From positions 434,001 through 498,000 of the forward strand of contig NOWV01000016.1 of NCBI GenBank assembly GCA_003344405.1: a DNA stretch of 64,000 nucleotides, written 5' to 3'. The position numbers and the translations under genes are program-made. Source of the DNA: Trichoplax sp. H2 (Eukaryota). The notes under the pieces were generated by a model. The model ran no database searches. It saw only the letters and a program-made list of their open reading frames with translations, and had not been told where the DNA came from. Below, one piece after another: positions 54,401 to 64,000 of this stretch (position 1 is the stretch's first letter; every line of letters starts with the position of its first letter).

Positions 54401-57126
54401 TGATTGACTTGGTGGCCAACTAAGAGTCGAGGCTAAAGTTAATTTCCTACATTTACACGCCCGTTAAGTTTGAAGTTTACATTATATTCTAAAGGGTCAG
54501 TAAAGCTTGTAAACGTCACTTCCATCGGCAATAATCTGTATATAAAGTCATTCTCGAGAAATACATAAAAAAACCAGTAAGGAAATGAACACTTCATATC
54601 ACCCTTTGAGAGCTCATTTAATACTTAATAGATGATGATTATTTGATTAAGAGTTAGTAATTATTACATTCACCTGCATAGGCAAATAAAACGACGAATG
54701 GAGCTCTTATGCTAGCTGACATCGAGGTCGTGTAATTGAGCGCCTAAACTAGATGGCCATGTGCTATAACAGTAATGTTTTTCTAATTCTGGCCGATAGT
54801 GAAATTGAATTTTGTGCTCTTCGACCGTACTTTCAATTACAATTCCTTCAAGGTTTTAGTATTGTGTTATCCTATCTGATAACCAATATCGCATGGAGGT
54901 AAGGAAGGAAATAATCAAAAAAATTGAACTATTGCCAAGGTGGATGCTTATCAATCGAACAATATTAAATCGAGCGTGATTGATTATTCATTTTTATACG
55001 ACTCTTACTGCACTGGTACTCAATCAACTATCTAGATTGATTGCTGATATTATCTAGAGTTGGGTCAACATTATACAGTATAAACATTTGCCATGTTGCT
55101 TTTGATGTTGGTGAATCAATGCTATTACTATCTAATTCTATGTTAATTTTAATGGTCAAGACACAATAATGTTGATATTCTAATGGTTGCTTTACATATT
55201 TCATTAAACACGTCGTTGATATTGATTATTTCTTTTAGTGCGCCAATAAATTCTTACAACATTACTTCCTATAAATCCATAGCTCATTTGTACATTGAAT
55301 ATGTAAGCTATGAAGTGATTATGTTATTGCCTTTGCAAGGAAAAGAATTTGATATAAAATTGAGGAATCTAAATCAAATTCGATATTGAAGGTGGCTTTT
55401 TCGATCAGAGAACAATGGGCACGTGAACGAACGGTTGGCATCGAGCCATTGCGAGTGGTATGCGTAGTTATTTAAATAATCGAAGCGATTCAAGGTATTT
55501 TTACTCTACTGTATGCTAATTTAGCCTCCTTTCTGGAGATGACTAGTACAGCGCATTAACTTATGCATATGGATGAGTAGATTACTCTATACTAATGGTG
55601 TTGATTAGGGCTGGAAAACATTTTACACCTCGCCCACTATGCATATGAAGACACACGAGCAATTTGTAAATAAACTTGACTCTGAATAAAGTCAATAAAT
55701 AACGGACTAAAATTCGTCATGCATGAATAACAATGTTAACAACATTTTTGAAATGATTCTAGTGTCATGAAACCCATTAGTCTTACACATGTAGAACAAA
55801 TGACTACAGAAGTAAGCTAAATAAAAATCGGCAGCCTGCATTATGTAATCGAGCTCGGATAAGATCGATGCATTCCATTTCATGGACAACCCAATTTTAT
55901 TGTGAGCCTATTGCAATAAAAGCAAACATGACCTGAATCGATGGATATTAAATGATATTGATCGTTTCCAGTAATATATTGATGTGCTTTGTACTAATTT
56001 CGATGGTCTACAGTATAATGATTTATTTAATTAATTTCCTGTCATCGCTGATGAAGTTCAGACGACTTAAATGCTGCTATTTACAGTTAAATTAATTAAT
56101 TTACCATTTTTATTATAAAGGTAATCTACTTTATCATTTGTTCATAACTAATTTACTATTGATCCAAGGGAAATTCCTATACGTGATTGTACAGCATGTT
56201 CTGGAAATACTTCATATCGCCCTGTCTACCTATGAAATCAATATTTAAAAAAGTCGCAGTTCTGATATAGATCGTGCCCTAGCTGTTTATAAATTTGTAT
56301 GGAGTTGGACTTTATACAACACTTGAAGTTAATACATATACTTCTAGTCTCTCATTCTCTCGCTGTACATAAGTGTACAATTGGATTAGGTTACCTCATT
56401 CATTCTCAAAATTGCGCCTTATTAATAGGAATGACGACATAAATTGTCTATTTTTGGGGGAAGGAACCAATCAACTCGAGTCAAACCGTTCAGCTCTCCA
56501 AGACTACTAAGTAAAATTTAGCCTGGTCCACTAGCCCGAAGTATTGAAGAAAAATTATCATCTTGATGAATACGATAGTGATCTAAATGCGCGTGCAAAA
56601 GCACGAAATTTCACGATGTAAGATCACAGTAGTAGAAAAGTACATTGCTTTCCTGACTTAAATCATTGTTTTGCAGCGCTTTATTGAACAAAATAAGACA
56701 GTTGGTATAAATTTAAGCCCATTATAAATTATTTGTATATATGGAATTAGCCTGAGTGAATTGAATTCACCGCCTCGATACTCAAGGCCATAACCATGAC
56801 AACATCGGCGGATATACGAGTACCCCTATCTTGGAACTGTTACACCAAAGGTGAACATGGATAGGTACTACTTCCTTCTATCAATGTAAGAATATAATAG
56901 CTCTTGCGATATCGATTTACTCCCTACGGTTGTTTCCTTCATAATATCTGAATAAATCTATTTGATATCCTTGTCAATATCCTTGACATCCTCCATCGCC
57001 AATCCTATTGCATGCAGTCATGTCTAGTCATGTCCATTGATGTCCACTCGTACGAGGACGCGGTAACACCTACCCGCAAAATCCAGATTTTTCCTCTGTG
57101 GCAAGAAGTTCCAGTTTCTAGATCGC

Positions 57127-57742
57127 CTTAAATCGCTCATTAGCAGCTGAAAATGATTTAGAAATAAGGAAGAAACTTATTGGCGCAAAATTATAGAACA
57201 TAGACGTTAATAATTTATGATAAGTGTTGGAAATCAACTAAGGAAGGGAGATTTGGATGTCAACAGTATAGCGTATCGTTTCAGATCTGCGATTAAGTTG
57301 AAACGACCAGCAAATACTCAGCCCCCCGTATTCAGACTGCGCTATACCGTCCTCTACAGTACAGTACTAGATTTCGTACTGTAAAGTATTGTACTGTGCA
57401 CTGTAGAAAAGGACTCTGCACTTCTGCACTTAAATCGCTCATTAGCAGCTGAAAATGATTTAGAAATAAGGGAGAAACTTATTGGCGCAAAATTATAGAA
57501 CATAGACGTTAATAATTCATGATAAGTGTTGGAAATCAACTAAGGAAGGGAGATTTAGACATCAACAGTATAGCGTATCGTTTCAGATCTACGATTGAGT
57601 TGAAACGACCAGCAAATACTCAGCCCCCTGTATTCAGGCTGCGTTACACCGTCGTCTACAGTACAGTACTGTACAGTACAGTACAGTATTAGACTTCGTA
57701 CTGTAAAATACTGTACTGTGCACTGTAAGAAAAGGACTCTGC
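57127..57742. repeat. Near-identical ~302 bp tandem duplication just upstream of IMP3
   Basis: cttaaatcgctcattagcagctgaaaatgatttag... starts at 57127 and again at 57429; both copies end in aaaaggactctgc. Confidence 0.95.
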
Positions 57743-57836
57743 TCTGGTGGCTGCACTCGAGGTAGAGTGACTGTCTATCATCTGTCGGTCGTCTGTCTGT
57801 CATCGGTCTGTCATCTCTCTCTCTCTCGTTGCAAGC

Positions 57837-59912
57837 ATGGTTCGCTCCTTGAAATATCACGAAAAGAAATTATTAAAAAAAGTTGATTTTATATCATGGA
57901 AGAAGGAAAATAATATTCGCGAGATCCAGATTATACGCAAATATCATATTAAAAAAAGAGAAGATTATACTAAGTAAATTTCTTCGCTAAAATAGCGTAA
58001 TAACAACGCTTGTTACTTCTGTTCTACATTTCGGATATTCGTTCATGCAATACATCATGTTGTGCAAAATCAATACTCACTTTTCGACTTTGCAAATATA
58101 ATCATACAACGGAGCATATTTAGGCATCCAAACAGTACATAGACGCAAACGATCATAGTGAGATATTGTATTTGTTAGAGGAATGAGTACAGTATGGAGA
58201 TGGTGTACAACATGGTTAATTAATTCTTACTTTTCAAGATGTTTACAGTTGGATGAAAGGAAGAGATCCATGGCTCGTTCGGCCACTGCAGTAACTCTTA
58301 CATAGCACAACTTTACTTGTCTCATTCAAATTTCATCTTTTCTCTGTAAATGAAGTAACATCCAAACTTTGTATTGGCTAGTAACACGCTGTACTTTGAT
58401 TACGACCAGTTGGATAGATACGATAGTGTACATCTCATTGCTTCGCACAAGGCTTTATTCGATATCCAACTTGAGCTATCCCATTTCAAATGACATCTTT
58501 TCTCTGTTAAATCTACGGATATAGAAACTTTATATTGGTCAGTAATCCACTATACTTTTATTGTTACAAGTTGGACCGATACGATATTACATCCCATTTC
58601 TTTATGAAATACTTTGTGCAATATCTACAATAGAAATATCATGCTATGATCCAGTATACATGTAATGCTATGACTGAATATAAAAAGTTCGAGTTATCCC
58701 TACGCGTAATATGTGATGCTGAACAAGCAGTATTATACTGGTACCAGATATGGGAATGAGTTTAGTACAATCAGATTTCATTTTTATCGCTCAAGTGTGT
58801 AATTACGTGATAGGCTATTTTTTAACCATCATCTCGTTAGTATACATTAAAGACACACGTCATGACTACAGATCTAGTAGATCTACCTAATTCGTTATTC
58901 ACAAAGTAATTATAGACATTGGATTTCTATGTTAGTTTAAAGGCTGCACCATATTGGAAGTGTCCCTTGCCATAATCTAAAATTGTACTTGAATTTAACA
59001 TCTAGATATAATAAACTTTGTGGAATGGTAAGGAAATTATCTCATGTACTTAAAAAGCTAGATGTTAATGATGAATTTCGCGTGGAAGCTTCCGCATTGT
59101 TAATCGAAAAACTGTAAGTCATCGTTTTATTTAACAGTTATATAATTCGCCCTTCCTTGATGGAGTTGAATACCTAAGTTGACTTTGATTGCGTAACTGA
59201 TAATATTATATGTGTAGATATAACCTTGGACTTATCCAATCGCAGAAGAGTCTAACCTTGTGTGAGAAATTAACCGCTTCCACATTCTGCAGGTCAGTGT
59301 ACTAATCAAAGTAGATTCCAGTTAATGCATCGTTTATGACCATAAAATTTATTCTTGTAGGCTAATGCCAATAGCTTTTTTGCCATTGCATTAGTTCTAG
59401 TATAAAGGTGCGGTAATAACGATTCATTTAGCTATTTGACTACTATGCATTGTAGGAGAAGATTGCCTGTCATTCTGGTCAAGCTACGAATGGCTCCTAC
59501 CGTTTCGATGGCAACTACATTTATAGAGCATGGTCGTATCCATTTATGATTTCTCCTATTACATGTTACTAATAATAAGTTTATTGACTCACATTTTTCT
59601 GATTAGAATGAAAGAGTATTGCTGCATTATTTTAAAAAGTGCATTTACTGTACAATTTTCGTTGACGCGTTATATCACAGACATTCGTATAGGACCAGAA
59701 GTCGTAACCGATCCTGCACTGTTGGTGACAAGAACGATGGAAGATTACGTTACGTGGACTGATTCATCCAAGATTAAAAAACATTTACTACGTTATCAAG
59801 GCGAGGTTAGGATCAATTTTGCTGCTATAGTATTTATAATTTGTCTCTTCACAGTTTGTATTGAAATTAGCTATTTTATTGTTTCAAGTTGGACGATTTT
59901 GATGTATTGTAA
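57837..59912 (+). CDS. IMP3: U3 snoRNP protein IMP3 (S4-like RNA-binding), about 182 aa, 6 exons
   Basis: Exons 57837-57973, 59006-59113, 59218-59292, 59456-59535, 59681-59805, 59889-59912. Motifs [79 protein letters not shown]. Confidence 0.95.
58320..58600. repeat. Diverged ~160 bp duplication in IMP3 intron 1
   Basis: catcttttctctgt...aaacttt(g/a)tattgg...agttgga...gatacgata...acatc occurs twice. Confidence 0.65.
59536..59680 (+). other. Candidate U12-type GT-AG intron in IMP3
   Basis: 5' splice site GTATCCAT, branch-like TTCGTTGAC at 59658-59666 about 15 nt before the AG, and no pyrimidine tract between them. Confidence 0.7.
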
Positions 59913-60668
59913 ATGAAGAAATTCATCACAGGATTACAAAGAAAGCCACAGTTCTTCTAATTGAATGAAAGTTTTACAAAAGTAGCGACACCCTGTTACA
60001 GCCAGAAGCCAGTTGCTGAACATCTAGATGAATCATATTCAATACCAAAATATAATGAAATGCTAAATCTAACTAATTACCAGGATATTTATTTTCTTTT
60101 TATTACAATACGAACACGATCGTACACTACGCTTGTTACAATTGTAGCAGGTACGTATATCTCTATACTTCTACGATTTATTAATTTCCTGTTACTTTAT
60201 GACAATATATTCTGGCGGAGAGCCTTTAATGTAAAGATACATGTTTGCAAGGACATGTACAATATTAACTTTTTAAATAGTGTTAACATCTGTCCACTTA
60301 TACCAGCAGTAAATACAGTATATGCTGGACATCAACTGCGATATTCAGAGCAAGATGTAGCACCTGAGATATTCGAATCTCTAATCAAAAATAGGTAGAC
60401 CAATTAAAATAGTACCTTTAATGCATTAATCAGGTTTCAATTATATCAATAACTGGTGCAGAATAATAAAGCAAATCAATCGATGCTTATTACCGTTTGT
60501 CTCGTCACAGTTGTAACTTAAAAATTCGTAATTTAATGTCAGTGATCCTGACAAACGTTGCAACACAAGTTGACTGTTGTCAAAATATAGTGTTATAATT
60601 TGTATATGCTACTATTAATTTAATTTCATCTTCGTAGCAATACGCCTTGATATAGAATCATCATCGTA

Positions 60669-63042
60669 TTACCACCACCAAAACCTTAAGTAGATCACTA
60701 TTAGAAAAAACAGAAAACCTATGACAGCATATTTAGCGTAAGTTGACCGTAAATTCAAGTATTTGGCATCCTTTTTATATTTCTGAGAATGCATCGATAA
60801 GTGGCTAGCTTTATCATCCAGAACTAAAGGGATAAAGCAAAATCAGGATAATCAGCTTCACATCGTATAGGATACGTACAAAATATGCAATTTATATATG
60901 ATTCTTGTATTGTAAAAAGAGTTATCTATAAAAGAACAGATTATTGATAATTATAAACACTGTATGAGCAAAACAACCTGATAGCTGTTCTCCACGCTGT
61001 AAAATATCGTCAATATTTTGCAGCATAATTCTTTGTACATCGTGTAAGTCATCATTTAATTGATTTAAATTACGATGAGATCGCGAATCCATATAAGATT
61101 TCTTTGTTTTCAGTAGAAATGTTTCTGAATGCAAAAGATTCAAGATATGCATCAGTAATGTACGTAATTTATACACAGCTATTTCTCAATTTTACATTAG
61201 CATTACACAAAAAATTACAGGTAGCTAACAGCGAAATGCTGATTGATTATCTTAATTATTCAATGCTGAAGGGAAAATAATTTATTCCAGACAATTCTAG
61301 TAAAGTAATTACCAGCTTAGGTATGCTTACCAAATTCAATGAAACAGTAAGGCCTCGAAACTATTCTTATTTCAGACCCATACAATTTGATAAATTCTGC
61401 TTGCAAATCATTCAAGTATCCAAATACTAGTCTTTTCGAAAAAGTCTTCTCGCAAAGAGCCATGAAACAGACGCCGGTGTCTATTAAGTAACTGTTGATA
61501 AATAAGAAAAGGGTGTTTAAATTAACGTGAGATAGAAGGAAGGTTGGTTAAAAGCATTCCCAGTATAAACGGATTGGACTCTGGCCGTTTATATTTTAAT
61601 GTACGCGTATACTGTAAGATTCATGACCATATTAATCCGAACTTGTTACTTGTACAAAAGCACTGTAATAGAAAGTATAATGCTCCTACAGTATTTCATT
61701 TAAGGGGAATCTTTCAGGAGGGATTAATAAGAGCTTCGAAAAAGAGATCGAAAACTGTATTATTTACAAGTGCCATTGGAGGAATTCCATTTAGAACGTC
61801 TTTGTCATTTGAAATTCAGGATATACGAGTATTATATGGTACTGTATATCGCGCAATGCCACAGTGTAAAATTATCATGACAAGAGAATGCAACGCAGGA
61901 TGATGATAACTGCTTAATATATAGGCCAAAAATAAGTACTTTGATCATGTTGCAGCAGTGTGGTGCGTGTACGGTGATTCCACATACTGATTATAATTAG
62001 TAGACAGCAGTAGAACAAAATTTGATATTCTTGTTACGAAAACTTACTGGAAAACGTAAGGACCAGTTTCGATGCTACAGCGTGTCGGTGATTGATCTGA
62101 TAATTTTCTGAACAACATCTTTGCTTGATTTTGATATTGTTGTGCAGTCTTGCCAACCTATTACCAGATTATACGAAATTATTGACAAGAATTGACAAAT
62201 CAAGTGTACTACCATGTGCTAACGTATCGGCAGTTTATGAGTGCAGATTTGTAACGTCCTTAATGGAAATAATGGAAACACCGAATATCCTTTTAGTGTA
62301 CAGTAGTTGGCACCCATGTTATCTACCTATAAGCAAGTTCATCTTGGTAGAAAAGTATTGCAAGTTAACGAATAATCCGGTATAACGTTTGGTGTCTCGT
62401 GAACTGTGGCAACTTTGCCAGACGTTAGGTGTTCCAATACAGTACTAGCGTACGCCCAGCAAAGTTGACAGCTACGCGGATTTTGTTTTTTTTCACCACA
62501 AGAGAAACTACCACGATATTACTGGATGATTTTCACTGCCATTTTTACAACCAGTATATCTATTGCTGGTAACATTATAAGACTAATCGATTTAGTTGTC
62601 AAGAAAGCTAAATGTATGACGGATCTTTTCTCCCTAACTGTAAGTAATCCGCCACTTTGGATATGGTGGTGTTTTAGAATAGCTGTGAAGTAAGCTCTTG
62701 CAATTCAAAAAAAGATTCTCTCTAATCTACTGTATTTCAGTTCAAAGTGTCGATGTCGTCGTTATTACGAAGAGCAATGATTCCCATACGAGTATTAGTT
62801 CGTTTTTATATTTGTTGGTATTTTAAAGGATATCATGATCAATAAGCAACAACCATAGATGATTGTACAGTGTAGAATAAGGTAAGACATGCATTGGCTA
62901 TTATTACTCAACTACTATCCATTGCATGCAGTACAACGGAAGCGTAAATGCTCCAAGGAGAACAAACCTCTTCTGATTCTTGCATGGATGCAGCCATTAT
63001 CAGCCCGTCAGCCACACGAGCTATCAAAGTCATTAAAACCAT
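60669..63042 (-). CDS. SEC22B: Vesicle-trafficking longin R-SNARE SEC22B-like, about 215 aa, 5 exons
   Basis: Exons 62968-63042, 62048-62157, 61331-61491, 60978-61124, 60669-60823. Motifs [57 protein letters not shown] (zero-layer R), [16 protein letters not shown], then a C-terminal TM ending RFWWW. Confidence 0.95.
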
Positions 63043-63082
63043 ATTGATTACTATTTCTCAACTAGGCTTAAGGCAAGCGAAT

Positions 63083-63195
63083 AAAGAGTTTGGGATTTGA
63101 CAAGGTGATGAGAAAGAGTTTAGGATTTGGCAAGGTGATGAGAAAGAGTTTGGGATTTGGCAAGGTGATGAGAAAGAGTTTGGGATTTGGCAAGG
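63083..63195. repeat. 30-bp minisatellite, about 3.8 copies, 40 bp upstream of the SEC22B ATG
   Basis: aaagagtttgggatttggcaaggtgatgag (1-nt variants) at 63083, 63113, 63143 and 63173. Confidence 0.95.
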
Positions 63196-63490
63196 CTCTC
63201 GTTGGCAGTTGACTGAAGAAATTTTCCGTTAAAGTCTAGTCTCCTATCGGACCTATGCACTACAGTCCGCTCGTCTGTCCACTCTGTTGTTCACTCTGAT
63301 TCAGTACGTGTGCTGTAGTTGTTGCTGCTGCATACTGTAGTAACCATATGTATCGTACTATACTGTAGTAACCGTACTAAATAGTAATGTCAAGAAATTT
63401 TCCCTTGAAGTCCAGTCTCGCTCGACCTGAGCAAGGTTCGGCTGTCCGCTTGTCTGTCCACTCTGTTGTGCACCGGGATACAGTACGTTG

Positions 63491-63574
63491 CGGACTGGAC
63501 TGGACTGGACCAGACCGGACCAGACTGGATCAGACTGAACTAGGCTGGACTGGACTGGACTGGGCTGGACTGGA
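63491..63574. repeat. Imperfect (GGACT)n pentanucleotide microsatellite
   Basis: ggactggactggactggaccagaccggaccagactggatc...ggactggactggactgggctggactgga. Confidence 0.9.
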
Positions 63575-64000
63575 TAGTAATGTCGTGACGTGGCACGGGT
63601 GACCCACAGCCGTGAGTGACTTCGTTGTACTGAGTGTACAGTGTACAGTGTACAGTACACTTGTGTAACGTACTGTAGTGGACAGGCTGATAGCACCATC
63701 GGCTGCAGTAGCTGCCCCTAAGTGCCACTAGGCAAATTCAATCAAGTTGAAAAGTGCTCTAGGTGCCCCACATTTCCCAAGCACAATCTGCTCAACACTT
63801 CGTTGACGGCTTCTGCTGTGGACTACAACTTCCTAATACAGCATTGATGCTCCTTTGACCAGTATTTTGGACTGCAGCCGCGTTATAATATCATGTCCTA
63901 AGGGCAGAGAGCAGCTCCAGGATGGACGGTTTCGCATTAATATGGGGCTGTCTTTTAGCCATTGTTTTAGCTCAAGTTTTGGCTTATATCTTATGCCATC

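Noticed and set aside
57354-57860. Minus-strand ORFs over the IMP3 upstream duplication
   Set aside because: Low-complexity translation of GTACA and GTCT repeats; the frame is not kept between the two copies.
59961-60398. 145-aa ORF between IMP3 and SEC22B
   Set aside because: TTG start, lies in convergent 3' UTR space, and has no recognisable motif.
61544-61903. 119-aa ORF antisense within SEC22B intron 2
   Set aside because: Non-ATG start and no domain or splice support.
61900-61991. ATGATGA...CTGA box C/D snoRNA-like pattern
   Set aside because: It is antisense to the SEC22B host intron, has no terminal stem, and I saw no recognisable rRNA guide.
63358-63728. ORFs with SSPVQ-like repeats
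   Set aside because: These are translations of the (GGACT)n microsatellite.

Overview
AT-rich, intron-dense eukaryotic (early-branching animal) DNA. The compact introns and gene set suggest a placozoan such as Trichoplax, but this is inference only. I spliced six protein-coding genes by eye: ZER1/ZYG-11-like (-, 18 exons), mitochondrial thiamine-pyrophosphate carrier SLC25A19-like (+, 10 exons), a KIF14-like kinesin-3 (+), a complete compact Notch receptor (-, 18 exons, 15 EGF repeats), IMP3 (+, 6 exons) and SEC22B-like (-, 5 exons). Several tandem repeats sit near the 5' ends of these genes. Highlights: (1) the kinesin's P-loop, switch I and microtubule-binding motifs are degenerate while its reading frame is kept, so it is a candidate pseudo-motor; (2) it needs a non-canonical AT-AA U12-like intron, and IMP3 has a GT-AG U12-like intron; (3) SEC22B lies upstream of Notch on the same strand, as in mammalian SEC22B-NOTCH2; (4) Notch keeps an EGF8-12-like ligand core but lacks the EGF12 O-fucose site. 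No prokaryotic features, CRISPR arrays, rRNA or tRNA were recognised.
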